Below, piece by piece: positions 29,920-39,335 of a DNA stretch of 64,000 bases. The stretch spans positions 199,385-263,384 of the forward strand of contig CBDFFU010000003.1 in the NCBI GenBank assembly GCA_965246875.1. Direction: 5' to 3'. The DNA comes from Alphaproteobacteria bacterium (GTDB lineage: Bacteria; Pseudomonadota; Alphaproteobacteria; Micavibrionales; SZUA-601). Under the pieces are notes generated by a model. It was not told the DNA's origin, did not search any database, and worked only from the letters and a program-made list of their open reading frames with translations. The position numbers and the translations under genes were made by a program. Each line of letters begins with the position of its first letter. The stretch's first letter is position 1.

Positions 29920-30990
29920 ATGGCGCAATTCACATCCGGTTTCGTGTTCGGCAATCAGGCCTGGGACATTCTTCAGGCTGCAAAAGAAAAGGGCGCGGCG
30001 TTGCCAGCCGTCAACGTGACGGGCACCAACACCATCAACGCCACCTTGGAAGCCGCGCGCGCCGTGAATTCGCCAGTCATCGTCCAGTTCTCCCATGGCG
30101 GTGCCACATTTTATGCCGGCAAAGGCCTGCCGAACGACGACCACCAGGCCGCCGTGCGCGGAGCCATCTCCGGTGCGTTGCATATTCATAACGTTGCCGA
30201 AGCTTATGGCGTTCCGGTGATTATCCATACTGACCACGCGGCAAAAAAGCTGCTGCCATGGATTGACGGCTTGCTGGCCGCCGGATCTGAGTACAAAAAA
30301 GCCACCGGCAAACCGCTCTTTTCCTCGCACATGCTGGATCTATCCGAAGAGCCGTTGGCCGAAAACCTGGAGATTTCCGCGCAGTATTTCAAAACGATCA
30401 CCGCGTTAGACATGATGATCGAGATCGAACTGGGCGTGACCGGCGGTGAAGAAGACGGTGTCGATAACAGCGATGTCGACAGCAGCCGTCTCTACACCCA
30501 GCCGGATGAAGTCATGGCCGCCTATAACGCCCTGCGCCCGATCGGTGAACATTTCACCGTTGCGGCCGCCTTTGGTAACGTGCATGGCGTTTACTCACCG
30601 GGCAACGTCAAACTGACGCCAGTCATTTTGAACAACTCGCAAAAATTTGTGCAGGAACAAGCCGGTCTGAAAGATGCCAAGCCGATCTCCTTCGTTTTCC
30701 ACGGCGGCTCTGGTTCATCCCGTGCCGAAATCCGCGAAGCCCTGTCCTACGGTGCTGTCAAAATGAATCTCGACACCGATCTGCAATGGGCGTTCTGGGA
30801 TGGCGTGCGCGGCTATGAAGCCGGCAAGCGCGATTACCTCCAGGCCCAGATCGGCAACCCCGACGGCACCGACAAGCCAAACAAAAAATTCTATGACCCA
30901 CGCGTCTGGCTCCGCGACGGTGAAAAAGCCTTTATGAAACGCCTGATGTCGGCGTTTGAGGATTTGAATGCGGTGGGTTTGAACGGGTAA
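29920..30990 (+). CDS. fba: fructose-bisphosphate aldolase, class II
   Basis: Shows PAVNVTGTNT, VIVQFSHGG, HTDHAAKKLLPWIDG and FVFHGGSGS blocks. ATG at 29920. Confidence 0.9.
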   Translation: MAQFTSGFVFGNQAWDILQAAKEKGAALPAVNVTGTNTINATLEAARAVNSPVIVQFSHGGATFYAGKGLPNDDHQAAVRGAISGALHIHNVAEAYGVPVIIHTDHAAKKLLPWIDGLLAAGSEYKKATGKPLFSSHMLDLSEEPLAENLEISAQYFKTITALDMMIEIELGVTGGEEDGVDNSDVDSSRLYTQPDEVMAAYNALRPIGEHFTVAAAFGNVHGVYSPGNVKLTPVILNNSQKFVQEQAGLKDAKPISFVFHGGSGSSRAEIREALSYGAVKMNLDTDLQWAFWDGVRGYEAGKRDYLQAQIGNPDGTDKPNKKFYDPRVWLRDGEKAFMKRLMSAFEDLNAVGLNG

Positions 30991-31023
30991 GCTGGAAATA
31001 ACAACATGAATTAAGGATGCACC

Positions 31024-31242
31024 ATGCCTCAAACGACATTTAACGCCCGTCTTTATTTTAAGGATTTGGGCATCGTTTTGCTGATAACAATTGTTTGGTC
31101 GATGATTGTTGGCCTGTTGCTCAAAGCTGAAAGCATGCCGTCACAATTGGCTTCTGCAGGAGTGTTGGTGCCTGTCGTAATCGGGGGTTTGTATTTAAAG
31201 CGAAATTATAATCGCAAAAAATATGTTTTGAAAAAAGACTGA
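31024..31242 (+). CDS. small membrane protein
   Basis: 72 aa with two hydrophobic spans. AT-rich. Confidence 0.3.
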   Translation: MPQTTFNARLYFKDLGIVLLITIVWSMIVGLLLKAESMPSQLASAGVLVPVVIGGLYLKRNYNRKKYVLKKD

Positions 31243-31256
31243 TATTTTAAAGTATA

Positions 31257-31442
31257 AACCTTTTTTTGAATGTTGGTTCTGCCACGATTTTCGCTGAATA
31301 CCATGTCATGCTGCCGGAAAACATACAGCTGCAAAGCATGGTTAATCTGGCGATCCGCAATTTGATCGCTAGCGGCCAGATCGATGAGGTTCTGGCGACA
31401 TGTAAAGGTGATGACATGCGGCCGGTTGTGATTTACAAATGA
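31257..31442 (+). pseudogene. C-terminal fragment of a third family-3 solute-binding protein gene
   Basis: An open frame without a start codon reads NVGSATIFAEYHVMLPENIQLQSMVNLAIRNLIASGQIDEVLATCKG... It parallels the C-termini of 368..1237 and 3810..4625. Confidence 0.5.
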
Positions 31443-31501
31443 TACGAGTCGAGGCAAAAACCGATCAAAAATTTACATTGAGGACTATTATCACGAAACC
31501 A

Positions 31502-31520
31502 ATGTGTTAATTTAACACAT
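31502..31520. promoter_or_regulatory. perfect 19-bp palindrome (operator-like) upstream of 31640 gene
   Basis: ATGTGTTAA-T-TTAACACAT, located 120 nt upstream of the ATG at 31640. Confidence 0.35.
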
Positions 31521-31639
31521 ATTAATATGTTATAAAACAGCCAGTTATTTTAGTTCTCTTGGTCTTTCGACCCTCTTATCAAAGTCTTTGAAAACAAAGT
31601 CATTTTTTGCTATACTTGATGCGTCCACAGGAGGATATC

Positions 31640-32359
31640 ATGACCGGCTCAAATTCGAATTTTTTCAGAGATACTTGGAATTCTATCAGAGATGGTGCAG
31701 AAACCGTAGGACAAGAATTGAAACACTTGGTTACCGGTTATGGGTTGATGACTACGCTCGCATCTGTGACGCCCAGCGCCGCAGTATTGACTACTGGTGG
31801 AGCAGGAATTTCACTCGCAGCAATAGTATTTGGATGCAGCGGTAGCGGTGCAACACCCGGAACTGACAATCCAACTCCTGTCATGAAGACTAAAACTGTG
31901 CATGGCAATGAGATTTATACGGCGGATGATTCTTTTTCGCTGGAATTAAATGCCACTCCAGGTGGTGGATATAATTACAGAGCGAGTTTCCAGGATGGTG
32001 CATATACTACTGGGCTACCTAGTGCAACAGAGAAACAATATTACGTTTGGGTCAATAAAAAAGCTGTTCAAAATGGTACAAAGTTAATGGCACCTGATGG
32101 GGAGTATGTTGCGTTAGTTACTGGCAAAAACGGTGATCCTGTAGTGACTAGAATCAAAGTTGAAAAAGATCCTGAAACTGGTGTATCAACAGCGTTAACA
32201 ATGTATTCTGATACTATGTTCGTTTATCCACCAAATGGAGCAAACACTAAAAAGCTCCCTGCATCACTTAATTATAAAGATATAATAACTCAACAAACAC
32301 TCGTTGGCCAAGGTGCCACAAGTGGTTTTCCAACAACAGGTCAGTTTAAAGCCAACTGA
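31640..32359 (+). CDS. hypothetical protein with internal lipobox-like segment
   Basis: ATG at 31640 preceded by AGGAGG. A hydrophobic stretch ends in IVFGC|SG about 60 aa in. No other motif recognised. Confidence 0.4.
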   Translation: MTGSNSNFFRDTWNSIRDGAETVGQELKHLVTGYGLMTTLASVTPSAAVLTTGGAGISLAAIVFGCSGSGATPGTDNPTPVMKTKTVHGNEIYTADDSFSLELNATPGGGYNYRASFQDGAYTTGLPSATEKQYYVWVNKKAVQNGTKLMAPDGEYVALVTGKNGDPVVTRIKVEKDPETGVSTALTMYSDTMFVYPPNGANTKKLPASLNYKDIITQQTLVGQGATSGFPTTGQFKAN

Positions 32360-32390
32360 AAAACTTTGTTGCTGAGTAGAAATATTATAT

Positions 32391-32424
32391 AGGCTGCTTG
32401 GATTATAACCCAAGCAGCCTTTTA
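32391..32424. terminator. bidirectional rho-independent terminator between convergent genes
   Basis: AGGCTGCTTGG (32391-32401) pairs perfectly with CCAAGCAGCCT (32410-32420). A T run follows and an A/T-rich stretch precedes. Confidence 0.7.
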
Positions 32425-34920
32425 TTTAATGTTATCGCACGGACTAATTTGTTTAACTGGCTTGTTAATCCACTTTTTAATCTCATTTGAAAATTTTCCA
32501 GTAGGATTTAAAACATCTGCAGCCAGATCATATCTAATTGCATTGCCCGGAAAAGCCGAAAGTTGCGTACTGAAAATAGTGATTTGATGGCCTTTGGCGG
32601 TATATGCATCTATGGCGTCTGATAGCAAATTAAGAACATCTGAATATTGTTTTCCTTGTAACTGCTGACACTGATAGAATCCTGACCTATTGGAATTAGT
32701 AATAGCAGTCTTGCTATTATCATACATGCTGACGATAACCAGATGATCAATCGTTTCGCCAGCGATCTGACAAACAGTATCTGGATTATTCAACAATGGA
32801 ATGTCGTTTGATTGATAAACCGGAACAATTTTCGCTTCATCGGGAAGTGTAAGCAAAACTGTGCTCAAGTAATGTCTAAGCAGGCTTTCAAAAAGGCTGT
32901 CCGTCAACTTGATTTGTGGATTATTCTGATCAGGTTCACATGTTCCGTTACAAGTTGACTGCAGTAAATCTAGCAATGGATTGCAACTACCCGTACCTCC
33001 TTTGCAAATCAAATTATCTAACCTAATTTCCTTTGTCGGAATATCATCTAAACTCCGTGTCCCGACCCGTCTTTGCCGGCTACCAGAATCCACCCAAATA
33101 TCCATCGTATTGGCCTCGGGCTTTCCACACGGCGCGCCCGCATCATTACACGCCACCACGGTTGAGCGGATGGAGGTGCTGTCACGGGATTGCATGGCGT
33201 TGGCGAGTGTGAGGGACCACTGGGTGTCGTTAGTGCGCAAGGCATCGAGGGTGGCCTTGCCGAGGTTGGGGATGATGTAGCCCTGGCTTGCCGCCATGTC
33301 CTTGATCTCCTGCCGGCTGTCATTGCTCGACACTTCACTGGGGCTCAGGCCCGGGCTGAGCATACCCGGCTGGGCCGCCGTCCAGTCCAGGGCCACCGGC
33401 TTCAGCATCTCCAGGTGCCGCGTGATCGGCACTGTCCCTCTCGGATTCCCCACCGGGCATGCAGCAACAGTATCCACCGTCGTCTGGCACAAGGCCCCCG
33501 CATAGGTGATGTGATAAATCGTCTGCTGGAGCGCAACATGCGTCTCCGTGCCATCGACCGTCTTGAACAAGTCGCACCGCTTCACCAGGTAACGCGCCAT
33601 CAAGTCGCCGCTCCACCCATGGCCGCAGTTCTGCTGGGTGGCGGTGCCCACCAGGTTGAGATTGCCGTCTGTCGCCAAGGGCATCTTCGGGTTCGTCACA
33701 TAGAGTGGTGGCATGGCAATCGCAGCACAGCGGTAGGACACCACCGGATCGGTGATCTTCTTCGGACAGTTCGGCCCCGTGCACGGCGGATCGATCTTGG
33801 TGCAGTTCGGCCCCACACAACTGTATTTGCAGGTGCCCTGCGCGTCGCAGCTCTCCTTGCAGTCCGGCCCCGCACAGCCGCCCACAAACGGCTTGACCAC
33901 GCACTTGCCCGACCCGTCTGTCTGGCACTTATACGCGTAATACCCCGTCGTCCCCGTCTCCAGCGTCTTCTTGAAGCTCTCGGTGTTCATCTGCAAGGTC
34001 GCATCGGCCACCGCCTTGAGATCCTTGGCCGGGTCATGACAGAAGTTCTGCACCTCGACAGCGGTTGCCGCTGGCAACGGCGTCTTCGGGTCGGGGTTGC
34101 AGCTCCATTCCCGGTCCGGGCGCTGCACGTCATTCTTGGCCTTGCCATGCCCAAGCAAGATCACCGTCTCCTCCCGCTTGCCCTGGTCGCTCAACATCTT
34201 GAGCGTGCAGGTCTGCAAGCGTGGCACCACACCGGTCATGCCGCTGGGGCATGGCACCGACAACGGACGTTCGATCGCCGCGTCCATAAATTGTTTGGGC
34301 AGCGGCAAGTGTTCGTTCTCACTGCGAAAGCCCGTCACAAAGATCGGCGACCCGATGGCGATGTCCCCGCCGATCGCCCCCGAACACCCCAGGCCGTTGA
34401 CCGGGTCGGTGATCGCCAGCGGATAGAGATAACCGGTCGGCGTGCGCAAGCCCACACTCTCGGCCCCATACCGTTCAGCCAGAGCGGCAGCCATGGCCTC
34501 ACCGGTCAGGCGGAGATCGGGCACCCCATCCGGTGTCCGGGTAAAATACGCCACTGCACCAAACACGCGCGGGTCACCGGGCCCCAGATCGGCGGTGCGG
34601 TTATGCCCGCACCGCTTGACCATCAACCCGCGCGGCGTCACCGGCTCCGGGTCTGGCACAGGTTTGCCGAACGTGCTCATGATCCCTTTGCTCAGCGGGG
34701 CCGTCTGTGTCATGTCCAGGCTTTTGAGATACGCCAGATAGTTGGTCGCCGCCGTCCCCAAACTCGCCCCCGCATTCGCCACCGCAGCCCGCTGGTTGAT
34801 CCCGTTATAACGAACCGCCACATCCTCCTCACCAGGCAAACACCCAAGGAGTAACAACGTTACTGAGATCGCTAAAGCGACAGTTCTACAATGAGGGCGG
34901 GGAAATCGAAAAACATTCAT
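32422..34920 (-). CDS. large Cys-rich lipoprotein of unknown function (compositionally mosaic ORF)
   Basis: ATG at 34918-34920 preceded by AAGAGG. Lipobox LLLLGC|L. Contains the Cys-rich block CAGPDCKESCDAQGTCKYSCVGPNCTKIDPPCTGPNCP. 832 aa from this start. Confidence 0.6.
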   Translation of the reverse strand: MNVFRFPRPHCRTVALAISVTLLLLGCLPGEEDVAVRYNGINQRAAVANAGASLGTAATNYLAYLKSLDMTQTAPLSKGIMSTFGKPVPDPEPVTPRGLMVKRCGHNRTADLGPGDPRVFGAVAYFTRTPDGVPDLRLTGEAMAAALAERYGAESVGLRTPTGYLYPLAITDPVNGLGCSGAIGGDIAIGSPIFVTGFRSENEHLPLPKQFMDAAIERPLSVPCPSGMTGVVPRLQTCTLKMLSDQGKREETVILLGHGKAKNDVQRPDREWSCNPDPKTPLPAATAVEVQNFCHDPAKDLKAVADATLQMNTESFKKTLETGTTGYYAYKCQTDGSGKCVVKPFVGGCAGPDCKESCDAQGTCKYSCVGPNCTKIDPPCTGPNCPKKITDPVVSYRCAAIAMPPLYVTNPKMPLATDGNLNLVGTATQQNCGHGWSGDLMARYLVKRCDLFKTVDGTETHVALQQTIYHITYAGALCQTTVDTVAACPVGNPRGTVPITRHLEMLKPVALDWTAAQPGMLSPGLSPSEVSSNDSRQEIKDMAASQGYIIPNLGKATLDALRTNDTQWSLTLANAMQSRDSTSIRSTVVACNDAGAPCGKPEANTMDIWVDSGSRQRRVGTRSLDDIPTKEIRLDNLICKGGTGSCNPLLDLLQSTCNGTCEPDQNNPQIKLTDSLFESLLRHYLSTVLLTLPDEAKIVPVYQSNDIPLLNNPDTVCQIAGETIDHLVIVSMYDNSKTAITNSNRSGFYQCQQLQGKQYSDVLNLLSDAIDAYTAKGHQITIFSTQLSAFPGNAIRYDLAADVLNPTGKFSNEIKKWINKPVKQISPCDNIK

Positions 34921-35235
34921 ACCTCTTCTATTGTTCAAAAAAACAATAAATATCTGATTAATCAACAGTAATAAGACAGAACAATACAGTTATGTGATTT
35001 ATAGTATGGCAAATTACAGGGCTGTATTGACAGCATTAAAAATCAATGGCGGCTACCCCGTGCCTGTTTTCCTGGCCACCGGACTGCGCAGCGAATAACA
35101 GGACACAGCAAAAAAATGCGATGAGATCGGGAAAAAGGGACATGGTCTAATCGATCCAACCCCGACTGTGACGGCGAAGATTACGTGTATAGATAAAGCA
35201 CCGAAGAAGACGTCACCCGCATATTTTACAGTCTT

Positions 35236-36247
35236 TATGGTCCGTATACGATGAGTTTGCCGACACAACATTGGAAATCGTTCCACTCGCCGCAACAACC
35301 GGTGTAAGGACGCGACATGTTGAAGAGCTGGCTGAAATTCTAGCCGCCGATGGATTTTATTACGCAGATGCCAAACCATCCAATCAAGGAACGTTTAAAA
35401 GACGACAAGTGGTTCTCGACCCCGGCGCGGTCATTCAGATGTGCCTTTAAAATAAAAATCTTCAACAAATATGGCTATAAATAATCTGGTTGATAAAATA
35501 GATTAAAGGCCAATATCAGGTAACATGATTGTTCATCCCACCGCGACAGGCTGGAGCATTATTCACCAGCAGGCACATGGCCTTCTAGCGTTTCAGCTAG
35601 CGTTGCACTGGAACCACGATAAACGCCCGGCCAACTGGCCCGAAACGCTGGCCGCTCTGTTGGAGCATGATGACGGGCAAGATCCCTTTACCAAACACAA
35701 TCATATATCAAAAGCCGGCGCGCCACTGCAATTTGTACCCTATTCTATCACTCAGTGTCATCGCATGATTGACATTGCCTTGTATAAGAGTCGCTGGAAT
35801 GCCCTTATGGTTTCACGTCATGCGACGTTTCTGTATAAATCGAGACGAGGAGAAAATAAAGACCTTGACAGTTTTCTGGATAAACAGAAAGAAAATCAAA
35901 AGAAATGGCTCAAAGAAGGTAGTTTTCGCTTGAAAGATGTCGACTACGCTTATGCTTTTCTACAATGGTGTGATGCACTCTCGCTTGTACTCTGCCGTGA
36001 AGAGATTCCACCAGAGGAACGTCAGCTTGAGGTCAGCAAAGGTCCGGACGGAATTCATTACTTCATCCACCAACGCCGCAATGACGAGTCTTTAACTATT
36101 GACCCTTGGCCGTTTGCAACGACCCACTTCGATGTTTACACCGAGACCTACAATTTACAGAAATTGAAGTTCAAAGATGATCACGAACTCAAGAAACTAA
36201 TTTCTACTACGGCACCTACCCAAAAAAAATGGGTTTTTAAGAAATAA
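35236..36247 (+). repeat. about 1-kb direct repeat, copy 1 (partner 61598..62611)
   Basis: Aligned by eye at an offset of 26,364 nt. 35712-36009 is identical to 62076-62373. The flanks show scattered substitutions and small indels. Confidence 0.85.
35525..36247 (+). CDS. conserved hypothetical protein, possibly DUF3891-like (copy 1)
   Basis: 240 aa. The N-terminal GWSIIHQQAHGLLAFQLALHW pattern resembles what I recall of DUF3891 (unverified). It differs from 61889..62611 at 11 of 240 residues. Confidence 0.5.
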   Translation: MIVHPTATGWSIIHQQAHGLLAFQLALHWNHDKRPANWPETLAALLEHDDGQDPFTKHNHISKAGAPLQFVPYSITQCHRMIDIALYKSRWNALMVSRHATFLYKSRRGENKDLDSFLDKQKENQKKWLKEGSFRLKDVDYAYAFLQWCDALSLVLCREEIPPEERQLEVSKGPDGIHYFIHQRRNDESLTIDPWPFATTHFDVYTETYNLQKLKFKDDHELKKLISTTAPTQKKWVFKK

Positions 36248-36409
36248 GCAACCCACCCTTCAAAGCAAAAAATTAATAAACCAGGTTTCTGCATTAAGAA
36301 ATTATGCGCTTCCTCGCAAGCGGGATAGAAGAGATCACAACTGGTCATCATTCCGTTGCAATAAAAATATATTTGAGCCACAATATTATGATTTATGTAT
36401 CCGTCGTCG

Positions 36410-38821
36410 TCATTGTTTCAAAAATTCATACTCGTAAACTTTCAGAGCTATTTTATCGGCAAGCATGCGTAGTGTTTGTCGCAAGTTGCTCATTAACTGC
36501 GTATATTTTTCGTCTGTGCTTTTTGCGTTCATTCGTCCCATATCGTTGCGACCTTGAAAGTATGATTTGATATCATACAAAGCTGCATTTGCGTTAATTA
36601 ATTTTTGTGAATGATAATATTTCCAAAGTTCACGGCCTGCATTAAATACGTTTGTTGCTTCACGTGAAAATTGTAACGCTTTGCCGTTATTTATTTCATT
36701 ACCAAACAAGTTGCCAAAATTTTCAGTCTTCAATTTACCTTTTATGAAGTCGGTCATAAAGTTACTTTCAAACTTTTCTTTGGCGTTTATTTCACTTTCG
36801 ATAAAAGGTATCCAATGATTGACTCCAAATTTCGTTTGGATGTTGTTATTGAATATCGTAAAAGCCAAACAGTCATTTTGAAATTCTTTGTCTAATTTCC
36901 AATTATCGTTTGGACATAAAAATTGATCACGGTCGTTTAGCCAGTTGGCTTCAATTGCCTTACGAACAGAGAAGTACATTGAAACAGGAATCAAGTTGTC
37001 CTTGTTAATCCAAATGCCACGGGGATTAGGTAGTTGTTCTTTTGTGTTTAAAACGTAAACGATATTGTTGTGTTGAAAATCGTTGCCATTTATGCCGTCC
37101 ATAAAGCCAATGTTATCTTCTCTGGTGGCTTTATAAATTGAAATGAATTTGTTGATGTATTGGCTTTTATTTAGTGCGTAAATGCCCTTTATTCCAAGGA
37201 AATTGGCGTTTTTATCGTAAATGTCTGCAATTACACTTGTAAACAATTCTTTGTTGTTTGTATTCCAAATTTTAAAGCCAATTGGAAACTGCCCTTTCAC
37301 GTTATCAAATGTATCTGCTGGTGCTAAAAAGATTTTCTCAAGTTTCGCTTTAAAATGTTCTTTGAGGCTGAGAAAAGCGGAACCTTGCAGAATTTTCAAA
37401 GTTGAAAATTCTGCAAGAATTACACCATTAAATTCTGAGTAAATTCTGATTAGGAATTGAGCAAATAATTCTCTTCCGGCTGTTCCTAATTTTGAACCGT
37501 ATTTAGCATGTATCTTGGTTTGGTTTACTCCAACCTTTCCTTTTTCTGCTTTACTCGATACTTCGGCATAAGGTGGATTAATGTAAATAATTAGCTTTTT
37601 ACGCTTCTCATGGTCATTCAGTATTTCTTGCAAACCTTGTGGAAGTTTTGAAAAATCATCATTCAAAAAATCAAATTGAAAAACGTGTCTCTCCAAAAGA
37701 TTAGCACCGTAATTGATACGGTCGTGCATCACTTTAACGTCTGCTTGGTCTAAGGTGCTCGCCCAAATATTATATTTGTTGCTTAAACCTGCAAGTAGAT
37801 TGCCGGTGCCTGCGGCACAGTCCCAAATGTAGTATTCATCTTGCCAGTTCTCGCCTAAATAATCGGTTAAGTATTTTTGAGAAAGTTCAACCCATTGTCT
37901 TGGCGTAAAAAAAGCTCCTTTTCGTTCTCTGATGTCTTGCGGAACAAGCAAGTCCCTACGTTCAATGATGTAGTTTTGAAACTCCTTAATTGGCGGTCTC
38001 TTATATCGTTTCCAAAACTGCTGATAGGCTTCTTTATTGCGAATACTGATTGTTGCATCAAACATTTGTCTGATGTTCTCTTTCGCTATTTTGTAACCTT
38101 GATTTTGAAAAATTACAAACAGATTATCTCTTATTGATGCGTCATCTTCTATCCCGCTTGTGTCTCGGTCATCAACAAACAAGTCAGCTAAATAAAAATC
38201 GCTGTCTAAAATATTTGCTTTTTTAAGGTCGTCCCAACCCACGTCAATAATGGGTTTTACAATTTCAAGCCAACGCAAATAAATCGGTATGAAATTGTTC
38301 TTATCAATTTTAATTTTGCCGGTCTCTGTTGCTTTGGCAATGTTATTGGTAATAAAATGTTTTAGCTCTTTTTCATCCTGTATGTAGTCATATACATAAC
38401 TGTTTTTGCTCAGATTGGCTTCAATTCTTTCTTTAATGAGTTTGAATTCTTTTGTGTCGTGATTACTTGGCGTTACGTTCCAATTAAAGTCATTAAGATA
38501 GAAAATATCCTGTATGCTAATATAGGGAACGAAAGCAATTTTTTTAAAATCAAATGCTCCCAAAAAGGCTGGGGACAAAGTTTTATCAAAAGTTCGTGCT
38601 TTACCGATTGTCAAAATAAGTTGCACAAACATTGTCGAAATGTCAAAGTCGCCTGTTTTGGCTTCTGCCCAAAGCAAAGGTGTCCTTCCAAAAAGGTTGT
38701 CTTGCTTTGGAAAAACGGTGAAGTCAATATTGCCGATTATTTCTGTCGTATCGAATGATCTGAACCAGTCCACACCAACCTTGTTTTTCAGTTCCTCTTC
38801 TCTGATGTTTTTATATTTCAT
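36410..38821 (-). CDS. single-polypeptide type IIG-like restriction-modification enzyme candidate (N6-adenine methyltransferase core)
   Basis: Contains the SAM motif WDCAAGTGNLL and the catalytic NPPY (IYINPPYAE). The N-terminus has a possible PD-(D/E)xK arrangement (D41...E53-A-K55, LLWAEAK). A long C-terminal region could act as a target-recognition domain. The gene is very AT-rich. Confidence 0.65.
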   Translation of the reverse strand: MKYKNIREEELKNKVGVDWFRSFDTTEIIGNIDFTVFPKQDNLFGRTPLLWAEAKTGDFDISTMFVQLILTIGKARTFDKTLSPAFLGAFDFKKIAFVPYISIQDIFYLNDFNWNVTPSNHDTKEFKLIKERIEANLSKNSYVYDYIQDEKELKHFITNNIAKATETGKIKIDKNNFIPIYLRWLEIVKPIIDVGWDDLKKANILDSDFYLADLFVDDRDTSGIEDDASIRDNLFVIFQNQGYKIAKENIRQMFDATISIRNKEAYQQFWKRYKRPPIKEFQNYIIERRDLLVPQDIRERKGAFFTPRQWVELSQKYLTDYLGENWQDEYYIWDCAAGTGNLLAGLSNKYNIWASTLDQADVKVMHDRINYGANLLERHVFQFDFLNDDFSKLPQGLQEILNDHEKRKKLIIYINPPYAEVSSKAEKGKVGVNQTKIHAKYGSKLGTAGRELFAQFLIRIYSEFNGVILAEFSTLKILQGSAFLSLKEHFKAKLEKIFLAPADTFDNVKGQFPIGFKIWNTNNKELFTSVIADIYDKNANFLGIKGIYALNKSQYINKFISIYKATREDNIGFMDGINGNDFQHNNIVYVLNTKEQLPNPRGIWINKDNLIPVSMYFSVRKAIEANWLNDRDQFLCPNDNWKLDKEFQNDCLAFTIFNNNIQTKFGVNHWIPFIESEINAKEKFESNFMTDFIKGKLKTENFGNLFGNEINNGKALQFSREATNVFNAGRELWKYYHSQKLINANAALYDIKSYFQGRNDMGRMNAKSTDEKYTQLMSNLRQTLRMLADKIALKVYEYEFLKQ

Positions 38822-39130
38822 TTGTCGTCTATCTTCGTCTGTTACAATGCTGTTTTACAATTGGTATTAACGTCTTTGTAAATTTAAAAATCATGTAAAA
38901 TCACAAGAACGTAAAAAAGCGTTTTTGTGGTTTTCCAGACAGGATTTAAAAGATTTTTTCATGGATTTCTATTACTCGTTGATGTGTTAAAGCGTCTAAC
39001 TTGATCTGGTTACTTCCGTTTAGAAAAGTTCAACGGCATCCTCATGAGTGTGGTTTGAAGCAGATTTGTAAAAATCGCGCTGTGTGCGGCATATTTAGCA
39101 GTATTCTCTCAATCTGCGCTTGCTGCAGAC

Positions 39131-39335
39131 TAAATGCCGGTGGATGCAGTCTATCGCGAACTTCTCTCAGGCACAATTCACTGTGTTTCAAGGAATATAC
39201 AGGGAATCTGGGCTATAAAAAGCATTATTTTTCGTTGAGACCCCATTCATATCATTGAAATGAAACAATTTATTTCTTGTAAACAACAGGGAAATTTTAA
39301 ATACTATGAGGGAACATAACGCCACAAACAGGCAG
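39131..39335 (+). repeat. about 200-nt repeated intergenic module with ACAGGGAA-type motifs, copy A
   Basis: The core 39131-39210 matches 54336-54415 at 68 of 80 positions (hand count). The downstream part is collinear but more diverged. Confidence 0.7.

Noticed and set aside
33190-34854. A 554-codon ORF on the plus strand, one of the longest in the window.
   Set aside because: It lies entirely antisense to the GC-rich part of the 32422-34920 gene. Its product is an Arg/His/Pro-rich, low-complexity string with no start context. Long stop-free antisense frames are expected in about 63% GC coding DNA.
39001-39258. An 85-aa ORF, together with the 128-aa ORF at 54116..54502, sharing the peptide SLSRTSLRHNSL. 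This could suggest a small conserved protein family.
   Set aside because: The similarity is confined to the repeated DNA module. The flanking parts of the two ORFs are unrelated. I saw no RBS, and indels between the copies would break a reading frame. I treat it as non-coding repeat sequence.
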